From assembly GCA_012295275.1 (NCBI GenBank), contig CM022677.1, positions 11,966,001-12,030,000 on the forward strand: a DNA stretch of 64,000 nucleotides. Reading direction: 5' to 3'. This DNA comes from Chrysomallon squamiferum. Lineage: Eukaryota > Animalia > Mollusca. Position numbers and translations under genes: made by a program. The notes below the pieces were generated by a model. That model was not told where the DNA came from and made no database searches. It saw only the letters and a program-made list of their open reading frames with translations. This document shows positions 16,154 to 31,359 of the stretch, piece after piece (the stretch's first letter is position 1; each line of letters opens with the position of its first letter).

Positions 16154-16522
16154 AAATGCAAGTTTCATAAGTTCTTACCAGGTTGGATAATTTCTAAAGA
16201 GAAGTCAATCAGACTGTTGACGTGGAAACCAGTTTTCAGTTGTATGAGACAAACACACAAATACGTGATCTAATATACCCGCTTTCAGAGAACTTTGACC
16301 ATCTCGTGATTGAGATAAAACTCAGGTGAGGTATGTCAGCTTGAAAACATGTCCTTATTTAGTAAGCTGATAATTGCATACGTCAATTAGAAAAGATTAC
16401 TAATCAACAATAAACCGTTATCTTTTCTCTTTAACACGAAATCAAACACCCAGGTCCGGGTTTGCTTAAATAACGGGTGGGGTATGGTATTTATATATTT
16501 ACTTATTACAACCACTGTTACC

Positions 16523-16722
16523 NNNNNNNNNNNNNNNNNNNNNNNNNNNNNNNNNNNNNNNNNNNNNNNNNNNNNNNNNNNNNNNNNNNNNNNNNNNNNN
16601 NNNNNNNNNNNNNNNNNNNNNNNNNNNNNNNNNNNNNNNNNNNNNNNNNNNNNNNNNNNNNNNNNNNNNNNNNNNNNNNNNNNNNNNNNNNNNNNNNNNN
16701 NNNNNNNNNNNNNNNNNNNNNN
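16523..16722. other. Assembly gap (200 N, probably a fixed-size scaffold spacer)
   Basis: Exactly 200 n characters. Confidence 1.
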
Positions 16723-17419
16723 TAAAAAATATATATAAATACATTAAATATTAAAAATAAAATTAAAAACTAAATATAAATAAAATTTGTCTGAAAGCTT
16801 ACATTTTAAACTTTTATTCGCAGTTGTAAAATTACTTAAAGTAAAAAACAAAACAAATAAAGCATTTTCTAATATCCTAACAAACTGAAGAGGCAAATTT
16901 TAACATAAATACTATAACCAAACTGATTAAAACAAAAAACAGATGAGTACAGAAATGTGACTGTACAAATTATTTATATTTTAATTACAATGAAAATAAA
17001 TTTCAACCTTACAAACAAACAAACAACAAAACACAAAATTTATTATATGGCCTGAAAATAATATTAATTTATTGGTATCTAAGTATCATTCTATGAATTC
17101 TATGAAAATATAAATAAATATATATTCAAAATAGCTAACCTGAAATATATTTTCAATGATATATTTATCTAATTATATAAATATAAAACAACTTCCCGTA
17201 AGATATAAGATGGAATTAAACAAACAAACGATTACATTTTCTTTGATATATTATTATAAAATTATTACCAGTATGAAAAAGGAATATTTATTTCCTAATT
17301 AAATTTTAATTATTAATTTCTTAATAAAAAATTAAGTCAAACAACTGTCCTTGAGCTTATACTTTGAAGTTATATCCTTGATATTATTAAAATTCTATAT
17401 TCTGCTGGAATTTTTAAAA

Positions 17420-17688
17420 ACATTTCATATTTTATTATACCGTAATAAAATTGATGTGATGATGCCATCTGTTTTAAAAAGATTATTAAGTTTTGCTATG
17501 TTTGTGCATAACTTTATAACTTTAATTAAAAACTGTTAAGGTTTATTATGACAAAAAGTGCAAGAATTGGTAACTTTTTTATAAAAACATTATAGATTTC
17601 CTTAATTGTTAGGATCAACATTGAGTATTAATAAACTATATGATATAAAAATACAGTTTTGTCTTAACACAAAAATTTGTCTTAATAA

Positions 17689-17777
<89 letters not shown>

Positions 17778-20575
17778 TATTATATTAGCATTAGCATAAT
17801 CACCACCACTATTATCATAATAATTACTGTTACTATGTTTTCTTAGATGCTCATTACTAAGAACTGACAGGTAATAATATGAAAAGATAGTTCACCTTCT
17901 GTGTATTGCCTTGACATCTCCAGAGCTTTTCCAAATGATGCAGCTGTTGCATAACCCTTTAGCCTTTAGGAAAGAAAGAAAATAAAACAAAATATGAAAT
18001 TACATTCCTGTATAAAATTATGTGATCAACCAAGCTTTTAAAATATAATTCTAATTTTGTTACTGATGTTGATATATATAATATAAATATATAGTTTTCT
18101 CTCTGTAGTACATTACATATTTAAAATGATTATACACAAATCAAAGCTGAACATAACCTTAAGAAAAGATATTTGTTTTTTAAACATTTTCTCTATTAAT
18201 CCTTAAATTCACCATCTTTAAATATAATCGTCAAACTGCTGTAGTGTTGATAAGAAAATAGGAGAGTGAAAATAAATAAATATATGTTTTGCTAGTTAAT
18301 ATTGTCAGTAATAGTAACGTGTGAACACAGAAAGTGAAGGTATGTTTGTTATACTTGATAAATCTAAAAAGTGTTTTATTTAACTGATTAAAAAGCTCAT
18401 TTTGATTTTTATTAAGACCAATAGTAAATAAATAAATGAAATGCACAACAAGGAAAAATGCCTATTGTTAACCAAACTTACAAAAACATACTTCTTAACA
18501 ATTACTGGCTAATGATCATGTACTTAAAATAAATAGTCATCATTCTTATCTATACATTTTATTTTACTATGATCATGTGTGAAAACTTGATAGCAAAACA
18601 TAATTAAATCTTTACTTACCTTTTCACTGCACCATTTTCTGCATATTCAGCAGGCTTATTGTCATCCATTCTGAAACAAAAATAAAAGGATAATAAATCC
18701 AATAAGTCAGCAGGTAATTTAAATATTTTGGAAAAACACAAAGAAGTCCTAAGAAATAATTTTAAAAATAATTTTAAAAAATTATTCATTGCAAATGCAG
18801 CTTGATGATTTACAGAGTTCACTGACAGGTTTCATACAGCAATGTAGTCACAAGAAGGGAAGGACCTCTGCCTGTTACACGTACTGTGGTACAGTGAAAT
18901 ATAAATTCACTGCCTAAATCTTATCCTTTAAGTTCAAGCAGCTGCATATCACCATGAAAAAAATGACAAATGAGTTGAGAAAAGAAAACAAAGAAATAAA
19001 ATAATAATTAGCTACCTTGTCAAAGTATTTGGCATTGTAATGTTTATTATGGGTGAAACACTGCCATTGTCACCTTGACCATCACAGTGACCAGTGTCCT
19101 CCTCGCTCAACATTGTTGATAATTTTATTGAATGTCTGAAAATGCAAGTTGTATGTTATTTAAGAGTCTGCTTAGAAAAACAAATGATTTAGGAAAACTA
19201 AAAAGGGACAGACACAGAAAAAGAATTTTAAGGATTACATTCTGTAACAACCATAAAATAAAAAAAACCACAACATTTAGTGCAAAACTACTTAAAATTC
19301 TATAAATAAATATAATAAATACAAAAATGTTAATAACTATTTCGTTTTAACTTTTAGTCACCACTGAAAATATATTAAAATTTTTGGTTTCTCTGTTTCA
19401 TCAATCAGCTTATATGTTGTTACTGCAAAATATTTTTAAATGCAGGCCTTTCAAACAAAAATGAAATTTTATTATTCTTATTCAAATATTTTCACTGATC
19501 ATTTCTGATAAATGATTTAATTAGACTTTCTAATAAATACTGACACATATACAAGTATTGAACCTAAGCAGGTTTTTCATTCTTAAATAACATTCATAAA
19601 AGTATTATTATCAGATATTAACAGCTGTACATCAAATAGCTAATTTCTGAAATATACTTTTTTTCTATTAATTAAAATAAGAAAAAATGTACTTATCTAA
19701 CAATAAGCGGAGTTTTAAAGACAAGACTATTCCTAGGAAAAACATACTATATGTCTATCACTGTGGGTTGAATGTAAAAATAAAACTAATATTTTCTTAC
19801 CCATTTCTGTATTTTAAATTGATACATCAAATCAGTTCATGACAATTTGTCTTCAGTGTGTCCAATTATAACATTTGCTGTCTTAATCCAGCCCTATTTT
19901 AATTCTTTTTCAAAAGATCTGAACCCCAGTAATCAGTCTAATAATATAAAAATATTCAATTAATAAATCTTTAAAAATATAATCAATAACTGGCTTTGTG
20001 CATTACTCTTATTAGGATCTGTTGTTGTTGTTTTTATTAAAAAGAAATATCTCAATATTGATACAATGACTTATTTTTATATTAAAAGTTTTATTTCTCA
20101 TTTTATTATTGTTGTTATTGCATGATAGTTTCAGAATAAAATAATAATTAAAATAGCTTTATCTTTTTATTGTTGTTGTTATTGTACATATTTTTAGAAT
20201 TATACTAAATATTATTAAAATAATTTTATTTAACTTTTATTGTTGTTTTTGTAGTTATTAATGGATCATATTTTAGGATTATGTTAAATATTATTAAAAT
20301 AGTTTTATTTTCATTTTTTATTGTTTTTGTTCTTGTCATACTTTGGTCTATGTGGATCAAAAAAGGGAGGGAATCAAGAATCCACTGTTGACATGAATTC
20401 ATGTAAGTAAAATGAAATAGACTGTAAATGTTCCTTCTATTTTACTGCCTGTTTTTAATGAATCCATTGGTATGTATATTTGTCTATTTATCTGCCCATC
20501 AAACTCTAAGTAAATAAATGAATCACTCACACTATGTGGATCCAAATATTCCTCTAAATTCTTTTCCATGCATCC

Positions 20576-20632
<57 letters not shown>

Positions 20633-22516
20633 ATATAAATATAGCATATGAAGATATATACATTAACTCCTCCTTTCAATAACCATCAGTAAATCATCTG
20701 TCCATATCTGCTGCTACCTCCAAGCATAACTACCTTACAACCTGTTTCTGTATGTCTGTCCATTTATAACACAAGCACACTCTCATTCACATACATTCTA
20801 GCACATCTAACACATGTACCTGCACTTCCATATACATGTAGTTACCCATCTTCCTATCCATCAATCTCTATCTCTCTTTGGATCTATCCATCAACCTGCT
20901 GAGTTATCTATCTATACACAAACCTATCTATCTACCTACCTATCTGCTTCTTCTATCTTATCTAGTTTTCTTTTATCTTGTCCGTTCAAGAATGTACCTA
21001 CACATAACCATCCACCAATCATCTACCCGACTCCCTAACTACCTACACATCTAACTATGTCTACATACCTACATTACAACCTGTCTTTCTGTTTGTCCAT
21101 CTACAAACAAACTGTATCTACGTAACTTCATATATTTTCTTTCACACTTTCAAAATCTGATTATTCCATTTTTACCGTCTGTTTCTCATGCAGTCTGTAT
21201 AATCTACATCTATGTATTAATCCATCATCCACCTTTCCATCTATCTGTTCATCTGTCAGTGTTTATAGACATTTTTTAAACTTTTTATTGAAGTTAAAAT
21301 AAACAATGTTTATCACTTAACCTGTTCTATAATTCTAAATATACATTGAGCTTCTCTTTAAAGTAAATATTTTGAAATTATCCCTCAGATTCAGTTATCT
21401 GATATACCTTTACCTTCACCCTATTTTCTCTAATAAATTTATTTAAAAAGGGCATTTACCTGGAAACCCATCCATCTTTCTTCATATCTACTGTGCTTCT
21501 TGTTTACAATAAAAGTTGATTTAAACTTTACACCTCTTCTTTTCAATATCAGTCTGTGATGTAGATAATGACACATTTCCTTAATTTCAGGTGTTCTCAC
21601 TTCTTCCTTTTTAACAGAAAACCACCCCCAAAAAATAACATTTTACTTCACTTTTCACTATGGACGTTGCTTTTTATAAAGTTAAAATTGAGATTTATCA
21701 GCTTTCCAAAAACTTAAATAAGGAGAAAGTAATAACACATTAAAAATATTTGTTCTCTTAGTAAGTGTCCCATTAATTATGGACTGTGAAGAATGTATAT
21801 TTTACTCAATTTACTTTTTCACTGTTGATTTAAAATTATTATACTATTATTACACCATACATTTTTATATAATAATAATAATAAATTAATTAATTAATTA
21901 ATAAAATAAAATTTAAAAAAAGTTTGTTGACTTTAAATTTCTGTTGTTTTAGAAAATGAGATCTGATATAAACACTATAATCTTAGAGGTCCTTAGTTCC
22001 GAATCGTTAGCATTCACAATCGTTTTTCTTTTTTCTTTTGTTTCTGTTTATGATGCCTACCCTTGATGTCATTAACATTATTAATAAGTGAATATTTCTT
22101 ATCAGCGAATTCAAAATTGTCTGTTATCATTCAATTGTAAACGAAGATTAAAATGTTTTCTAGCAGACGCGAAGTGACGTGCGAGTCGGAAATGAGTCTC
22201 GATTACGATATTAGTTTCACGTCATCTAAAAGAAAAAAGACTAATTTCGGAGGCGAAGACAAAATAAAAACGTTTTTCTTTTTATACTCTTTAATACTGT
22301 TAAATCTCGTTAAAACATTAACCTCTTATTTCTTGATATCACTGTAAGATTGTCGTTTAACTAACAGAAAACTACATTAATTTCTCCTGTATTTCCTGTA
22401 TTTATTTTTAAAAAGTGTTCTGCTACCATTACAGCCGTTTATAAGATAAAACTGATATTCAGATAAAGAAAAAAATATTAGCTTACTTTATCACATCTGA
22501 CCAAATTTTCAGCCAT
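17420..22516 (-). pseudogene. Multi-exon gene of unknown product, partly disabled
   Basis: Phase-compatible exons with AG/GT ends: 22516-22487 (MAENLVRCDK|gtaagc), 21606-21460 (EEVRTPEIKEMCHYLHHRLILKRRG...RWMGFQ|gtaaat, open), 19937-19801 (3 in-frame stops), about 19135-19016 (HSIKLSTMLSEEDTGHCDG..., open), about 18670-18620 (MDDNKPAEYAENGAVK|gtaagt), about 17963-17896 (LKGYATAASFGKALEMSRQYTE); possible last exon from about 17468. Confidence 0.5.
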
Positions 22517-22728
22517 AATTTGAGATAACGGCAGTTATCTTTGTGTTACAAGCAGCTGAGCCAAAAAGTACGTGATATTTTTATTAAGAATTCCCGTCTT
22601 TTGCAATCATAATATTAAAATAGATAATGATCGTGGGAAGTGATGTTATATTTTATAAGGCAATAAACATATAATCGTTAAAGGAGAAGGATTATTTTAA
22701 GAAATATCTAGAAATACAGATTAATGTG

Positions 22729-22976
22729 CAGTGGCATGCAGAGGTCTGGTGATGCCCGGGGTCAACTCCTTGGTGGTATGCCACAAGGAATCAAGGCCTA
22801 GTACCGATAAATATTTTGAGAAAGGAAGATTAAAAACAAAATAAAATAAAATAAACGCTTTATTGATTTAAATACAAATCACACAATTTTATCAACCTCT
22901 TTTCTTTGATTGGATGTTCTCCCCATTTGGATGCCCGGGGCCACAGACCTTCGTCCCCCCCACCCGCTGCACGCTG
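22729..22976. mobile_element. Non-autonomous hAT (Tip100-like) MITE
   Basis: Ends CAGTGGCATGCAG and CTGCACGCTG; 8-bp TSD ttaatgtg / ttaatatg (7/8); subterminal repeat gatgcccgggg at both ends; GC-rich ends with AT-rich middle. Confidence 0.75.
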
Positions 22977-23729
22977 TTAATATGCCTTTAATTACACTGG
23001 TAGAGATTGCAAAGGAAAAAGTTACGGGGTCTGAGAAAAAAGAAATATTTAATTCTAAACAGCATTAACGTGATATTTTAATAAGATGAATAATTTTCTG
23101 CAGATAACTTAAGACAATAATATCAGCGCTCCACCGCCATGTAAAATATATTGAAAAATATTTAGTATTTCTGCTATAGTGTCCTTTTTAAATTAACAAT
23201 CTTACAGTTATGTAATTCTAATTCTATTATCTACACTATAAATTATATCTTCTTGCATGGTAACGCCTAGAAGATACAAATATATTAACGTGATATTTGA
23301 CTGTAGTTCTCTACAAATTACTGTTAGTAGCTGATTTTAATGTAATAACGAATATTTTGTTAGGAATACTATTACAGTGATGATTTTTACACGGCGTATT
23401 GAAAAAAGAGTTTTGTAGTTTACATGATATTTTAGATATTTAGATATTTAGGATTTCTTCGATAACATTCCTTTTCACAGTTACGCAGATCTAATACTAC
23501 ACTCTAAATTACAAAAAAAAAGGTGAAGCAGTAATATTAACCGAATATTTCAAAAAAAAAAAAAAAAAAAAAAAAAAAACAGCTGTTTCCAGACTAACGT
23601 CTTTTGTCTTATTAACATAACTAGATTATAGAAGTGATATAAAAAGAGAAATTATATTGATAATTATAGATTATGCTGATAACGTTTATTTTATTCGGTC
23701 ACTGATATTATAATTACTCCTCATACTTT

Positions 23730-24300
23730 CACCACCTATTAAAATATATTAATTTCTATTAATGTCGCCGTCGTTGCCATCGTACCGGTGTTGTTCCTAA
23801 CGTTATTGGTTTACTCCTTTTCGTCTTTTATTCGCTGTTATTCTTATTTTCTGACCGCGCCCATCATATGTTAAAATATATTATTATTATCTCTATTAAT
23901 GTCGCCGTCATTACCGTTGTAACGTTGTTCCCTACGTTCTAGGTGTACTTCTCCTTTTTCTTTTGCTTTTTATTAACTATTATTCATGCTTTCTTAAAAA
24001 ACATTGTTACTATTTCTATTAAATATCGTTGCTAGCTTTCATCGAGTATTTCTCATTATTCTTTAGGGCTTTTATATTAATTCTTCTTCATACTTTCTGG
24101 GCGGGCACATCACCTATTAAAATATATTATTTTATTTTCTATTAATGTCGCCCTCATTACCGACGTAACAACGTTGTTATCAACGTTCTCGGTGTATTCT
24201 CCTTATTCTTTTGCTGCTTAGTGTCCGCATTACTATTTGTGTTAATATCGCGATATTTGCCGTCGTAACGGCGTTGTTCCTGCCGTTGTTATTGTATCTA
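23730..24300 (+). repeat. Degenerate tandem repeat of about 120-130 bp; same family as 56410-56900
   Basis: Recurrent 'aaaatatatt...tctattaatgtcgccgtc.ttgccgtcgtaacggcgttgttcctaacgtt...ggtgtactcc' at about 23740, 23873, 24118, 24258. Confidence 0.8.
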
Positions 24301-25357
24301 GAGGTGCAAACGAAACGTCATTTCTAAGTGAGCAGCTGCTGATTGTGGTTCCTTCAGTCTTTTGTCTAAAATGTTTAATAATTAATTATTTTACTAATGT
24401 TTGCTGTTAAGTTTCTTTAATGTAGTAATATAGCATGTACATGGGAGAGAAAAATATTGATTGTCTTATTTTTATCAAATTTACAGATTTAATTAATATT
24501 TGAGAAACAGAATGAAAGTTGACAAAACTAACATTTGTTTTATTTTATAAGATGATTACTTTATTTAGCATAAATTTACTATTAATGGAATGACATACGC
24601 CCTTTGTGACAAAAGAATAAATTACCTTTCTCAAGATGTTTGTTTTTCTGGAAAGAAGAAAATGAGAAACATTTTTTTAATGAATTTCTGCTTACGGCAC
24701 CGTCTACCATAGATCTTGAATAATAAAACAAGACATTTTTGATATTTATAAATTTTAATCTATGGAAACCTAATAAACCAGAATCTTTCCATTCTGAAAA
24801 CTGGATTTTCTGTCTTTCTTTTCTTTTTGTTTTATTTAATTTCATATTATTTGATAACAATTAAAATATCTCATTTTTTAAACTATTTGGGATCATTAGC
24901 CTTTCTTGACATGTAGTAATATAAAAGTAATATTTACTTTAACTTTTTTCTCTCGCAAATTACAGGAACATTTTGAAATGAATATAAAATATAATATTAT
25001 TTCCGCTGATTCTAAAGTTTGCCGTATAAACTGCGCTGCTGGATAAGCTTAATGTTTCTTAACTCTTTTTTTAATTGTTTATTTTTATTATTATATACAT
25101 ATATATTTGGTATTTTTTTCTTTCTAATACGTGGCAAAGATTATGCGAATAAAAATAGGACTGATTAAAAACTAACGTGTTATTTTCTTTATCTGTTCTA
25201 CGTTACGCAATTGTAATCAGTGAGATATTGACAATTCCCATTTTAGATTAACTATCAGTATAATTAGTATAATCACCATTTCCTGTTAAACAACTTTTCT
25301 TTCAAAATCTCTAAATAAGATTATATTACTTTCACAGTGTCTCTGTAGTTCTAGATA

Positions 25358-25389
<32 letters not shown>

Positions 25390-25719
25390 CTTTTTTCTTC
25401 TTTTTTGAGAAATACAGAGGAGGTTTTCAAATAAAGGTTTTTAAATACAGTAACCAATATTATACAGGTTAATTAATTTGGATGAGCGTAGTTTTCTGAA
25501 GCTAATTTGAGACTGCTCGACAGAATTTACGTTTTTATTTAGTACCAGCTGTGCAGCTTATACGAATAAATTGAGCGAAAATTACGTTCTATCTTAAATT
25601 ACGTTCTATCTGTTACAGTTTCTTTAATGTGGTAATATAGCATGTACATGGGAGATAAAACTTTTAACATTGATATTTCATTAAGTTTACCTCTGTTTTC
25701 CATCATAACACATATTGCT

Positions 25720-25738
25720 TATATATCTATCTATCTAC

Positions 25739-25792
<54 letters not shown>

Positions 25793-25797
25793 GTCTA

Positions 25798-25840
<43 letters not shown>

Positions 25841-25872
25841 ATATATATATATAGATATATATATATATATAA
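25720..25872. repeat. (TCTA)n/(TA)n microsatellite
   Basis: Directly visible. Confidence 0.95.
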
Positions 25873-28800
25873 TTGTCAGTATAATCTTGGATACAGCTAG
25901 ATGAATATCATCGGCGTTTACAGTATAATACAGATATTTTTAATAACAGTAAATATATTCGTTCAATTTCAAATTTCACATTACCTGTGAAAACAGCGCT
26001 CATCATATATATATATACCTTACCATCATTTATTATCAACTTATTAACAAAATGAATTGAATTTTGTAACTCCCAGTTTTCAGCATCATGCAGAGCTTTT
26101 AATTGTAATCTGTTCTGTTGTTAATCAAATATCACTTTAATCTTGATCTGACCTTTTCATTTTATAATGGCATTCAGAAATCGATTTGTAAATTCAGAGA
26201 TAAATAACTGTTAACACTGAACACGCGAGAAGCTAGACTTTACTTGAATCACAAACTTTCATTTTTGCATTGCTAACGACATTAAAATTAAAATTCACAG
26301 AGACAAGCGAAGTTTTCTGTTTGAAAAAAAGGCGACGTAATTCACGTTAATACATAAAAATCAGCGACGTTTATTTTATAAACTGATACTTAGTGAAAAT
26401 AACGTGATGTTTTATTATGTTTTATCTCTATTTTCCATCATAACATACTTATAATTTCACTTACAGTTACATTTTATTATACTTGGAGACATCTATTATA
26501 TTTAAGTTACGTGATAAAAAAAAAAGGCCTATCCTCCTGAACTAGTGTTTTATGCGATATGAGCATATTTTTAGTTATATAATTTGTTTCATCCTATTTA
26601 AACATAACAATAATATCTTTACTGTCAAGTAATTGTTAATGTTTCTTCTCCAGTATTCAAAAACATCTTATTAAAATATTAGATTAAAGTGGCGCCTTCT
26701 CATCTACATAATATGTCTAATATAATAATATAAATATCCAACATCCACTATTTAAATTGTGCAGTCGGTATTAAAATTAAAATTATATTTATTTATTTAT
26801 TAATAAAATAATCAGTGTAAATAGCGTTATTCTTTATACTATATCATGTTATTTTTGGTTTAATCGCAGTTTATTCATATAAAACTGAAATCTTATTTGT
26901 TTATAGAAAGTAAACTCTATCCAGCGACACAACAGTAGAATTATATGTGAAATCTAAAATGTCGAGAACGCTTCCAAACTGATGTGACATTAACAGAACA
27001 TGTTTCACTGAAAAGCTAAGTAGGTGTAATTTTATACGGCGTTACAAAAATAAGAACCGCCATCACTATTTATGTTACATGTTTTATGTTTGTTAACAGA
27101 GGCGTAGCGGTAATATGTATTAAAAACATTAATCTGGAAATCTAACTCGCTATATTTCTCAGTTTCTAAATTATTCCAGTAGAATATAAACCAAGTATGA
27201 ACACTTCAGCTACTGTTGAAAAAAGTGTATATAAATGTCTATTTTCCTACAGTATATTATGTCTTTTTATGTCTTTTTTTCTTTTTTTTAGTTTATAGTT
27301 TTAGAGATTTTGTTTTAACTGTATAATAATGTGACATTTTATATTTTCAATATACACCTCTGACCTACATAATAAATTATAATAAATGTACGCCATAATT
27401 TTTTTTATTATACGATGTTTATTTATTTATTTATTATTATTATTATTATTATTCATTGAATTTCTCAAATAAATATCTCGCTCATTTTCACCTTTTTATT
27501 TTTATGTAAACAAAAATATAAATAAATACAAAAATACAACATCATGTTCTGTTTGTCAGTAAAGAGGACTGAAAAGTGAATATATCTAGGTTATTTGTCT
27601 GTGTGAAGCTATAGCTACGTCATAAAATATATTGACATCCAGACTGGAGCGATGATGTTAACATATGAAGTCTTACTGAGAAGTACAGAAATCGAATAAA
27701 GATTAAAATTTTCTTTTCTTTATATTACTATTGTTGTTGTCGTTGTCGTTGTTGTTTTATGTGTGTACTGTAGCATTATAGTAAACATTACAGGTGTAAT
27801 TTTACTGTGAAAACACAGTGTACTTTCAGAAATGTAGATTGGGCTTCCAGATTAGCGTATTTTGATAAACAACAGTAGAATTATATTAGAATATCGAGAA
27901 CGCTTCCATACTAATGCGATTTTTATTAACAGAACTTTTTTATGTTTTTAACAGTGGCGTAGCGGTAATATTATATATTGAAAACACAGTGTATTGATAA
28001 ATAGAGGTATTATTTTTTTTAATTAACAATATTAGATAATAAATAAATAAATAAATAATAAGCTTAATTTTTCATTAACAGGTATAACGTATCTAACAAG
28101 TTCAATAATGAATCAACGTTTAATAATGAGTATAATTTTTTGTTTTAATTTTTTTTTATTAAGATAGTAGAATTGCAGCTGAGAGGTGAGAGGCTAGATT
28201 AAGATGAATTAACTTCACCATGTTATTGATATTTGCAAGTGCATCTTTCTTAAATACTAGAAAAGTCTATTTTATTATTAAAAGTAAAGTGAAAAGGCGA
28301 GGATGCGCGAGTTGAATCTTGTTTATTATAACACAAGTTCTGTAAATATACTGCGCTGTTACAGATTAATTCTTAATTAACTGTAGAAAGTGATATTCTA
28401 TTATCTCCCCTAAAAATTAAATTGATAATTAGACAATTAATATTCCACTAGATATAATCTAGAGAGCTATATATAAATGTAAAATAGGAGGGGTCTTTCG
28501 CTGAATTTAAATGTATTAGTATAAACAGGACTGGTTGAAGCAAATAAACTATAAATATTGTCGTTCAGTTCCATTATATGAGCTAAACAGCGTTCATTAT
28601 AATAACAACAACATTTTTTTTTTTCATTACTGCAATACAAAGGAAATTTCAGTTGCCGTTTACAGGGACAAATAAATACATTTATTAATGTTAATATCTA
28701 AGATCCTTCAGTATTTTAGGCATACACAGAACCTCTCCCAGAGAGATAAAATATCATCGCTGCTTTATTATCAATATTTTCTGCAGTGTTTATCATTTCT

Positions 28801-30799
28801 TTTACTGAAGTTTTAATTACAGCGACATCTGCACTTATTACTGTAATCTGAGAGGTAGATAGGTAGATGGATAGACAGATAGACAGACAAATAGACGGAG
28901 AGTGAGACACACATACAGACACACAGACAGATAGAAAAACCCAAAACTGAACTGAATAATTAAAATGACGAATAAAAGAAAAGTTGTGAAAAGCGAGGTT
29001 AATGTGATATTATATAATAATGTATGTACAAACATTTTCTTACAAGTTCATTTGCCTATGAAATGTAAAATGTCTATCTATCTCTATGTCTATCAATGTA
29101 TTTATCTGTCTGTTATTTAACTATATACATAAACACCGTCTCACTGATATGAACTTTCGTATATAACTATCCTCTAAGGCAAACACGTATACCAAACTAT
29201 TTCTTTTCTATGTGTGTGTCTGTGTATGTGTGCGTGTCTATTTCTCTATCTGTTTATTTGTTGATAATTGTTTCTTTCTTTATAATGACTGTATACTGAC
29301 ATAACGATATTAACGATAAAAACAACAACACTAATTGCAATAATACTAATTAAAATAATTAGTCCTAATCATAATACAAGTCAAATTGAAAACTTCAATA
29401 AACTAAACTCCTTGACAAATATCACACAAGAATACAATGCCTCGGCATACCTCATCCTTTTGATTTTATTGACCCAAGTGGTGGAATTAAATAAAAAGCA
29501 TATTTCTTGCCTAATTATCACATATTAATCAAGTTTCTTCTGCTGAACTTAAAAAGCGATTATATGTTTACCTGTTATAATTTATCACTAACCTTATCTC
29601 TCTATAGGACTAAAAAATAACACTCACTTTTGAAACCTCAAAATCCAATATAGCGGATGCAAGTCATAATATAGCTCGGAGGCCAGAATTACCCCAGTTA
29701 GTTTTAAATAAAATAATTTTACTGAATTTGGTAAATTCAGTGAATGATCTATATTCAGGCGATTTGAATTATTTTTTTTTTTTTTTTTTTTTTTTTTTTA
29801 TTTTACTCAACACTCAGTCTTTTTTGTATATTTACCAAGGTGCATGTTAAATAGAGTTGTTTCTCTTAGAACTTCTGAAATATATTACTCCTCGCATATG
29901 CGAGGTGACGGTAAATTAGATTTGCTGCTTTTAGATGAAAATAACCAGTTCTGTATAATATTTTATAAAAGACAGAACCTGCTTATTAACATTCCCTTCA
30001 TTTTATTTTGATTTTAATTAACCATTTTCCTGTATTTTTGGTTTATTTAACGTGATATTATTATTTGAAGAATTATTTCATTTAATGTTTTTCATTTAAT
30101 TTTATTTATTTATTTTATTTATTTATTTCATTTATTTTATTTGAAAAAGTAGTTAGGAAAGGCGCATGAGAACAACCATCTTTATCAGTGTAAATCATAA
30201 AAAGTTCAGAAAGTAGACGTAAAATAACATATTTGGAAGTTTAAAAACTTCCATGACCTGACGGAAACTTCCGATCGAAATCCAAGATGGTAACGCTGAT
30301 AAATATTTACACACTTTTAAACATGTTGACCTTTATAATGCAATAATTCTACATGGATCATTAAAAGTAATTTGGAGAAGTATGTCATATAACCAATGCC
30401 TCTTATACCTAGATGGCTAATACTCTGTAGTAATTGCTGAATACGGTAACATTTTTTTTTTCCTGACGTTGACGTAATATACCATCTCGTACTCATTTCG
30501 TACTATTTTCTTCTTTTTTCACTTTTTATTAGGACATCGTCAGCCCAAAAAATAAATAAATAAATAAATAAAATATAAGTAAATAAATAAAAATAAAATA
30601 AAATAATTGAAATAAAATAAATTAAAATGAATTAAATAATTTTCACTAACGCTGGTTGGAGGGATGGATCTATCCATTTAGATATACACACATACATACA
30701 TATATACACATACACACACACACGTGTATAGGAATGATAATGTATTTGTAGATTTAGAAGATGATTAGTATGTATATGTATATAAAAGGATAAGTAATT

Positions 30800-30885
30800 A
30801 CATCTGTGTGTGTGTGTGTGTGACAGAAGGAAGGTAGATAGATTACTAGAAAGATAGATAGGAGGCATGAGAATATACCTGTACA

Positions 30886-30922
<37 letters not shown>

Positions 30923-31027
30923 CAGAAGAAAGGTAGATAGATTATTAGAAAGGTAGATAGATTATTAGAAAGATAGATAGATTATTAGAAAGATAGATAG
31001 GAGGCATGAGAATATACCTGTATTATA

Positions 31028-31065
<38 letters not shown>

Positions 31066-31156
31066 GAAGAATATACCTTATAGATAGATGTGTGTAGAAG
31101 AAAAGGTAGATAGATTAAAAGGTAGATAGATTACTATCTGGTGTGTGTGTGTGTAT

Positions 31157-31216
<60 letters not shown>

Positions 31217-31318
31217 CAGAAGGAAGGTAGATAGATTATTAGAAAGGTAGATAGATTATTAGAAAGGTAGATAGATTACTAGAAAGATAGATAGGAGGCA
31301 TGAGAATATACCTGTACA

Positions 31319-31359
<41 letters not shown>

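Noticed and set aside
16477-16744. ORFs spanning the N run
   Set aside because: Artefacts of the assembly gap; adjacency across the gap is also not guaranteed.
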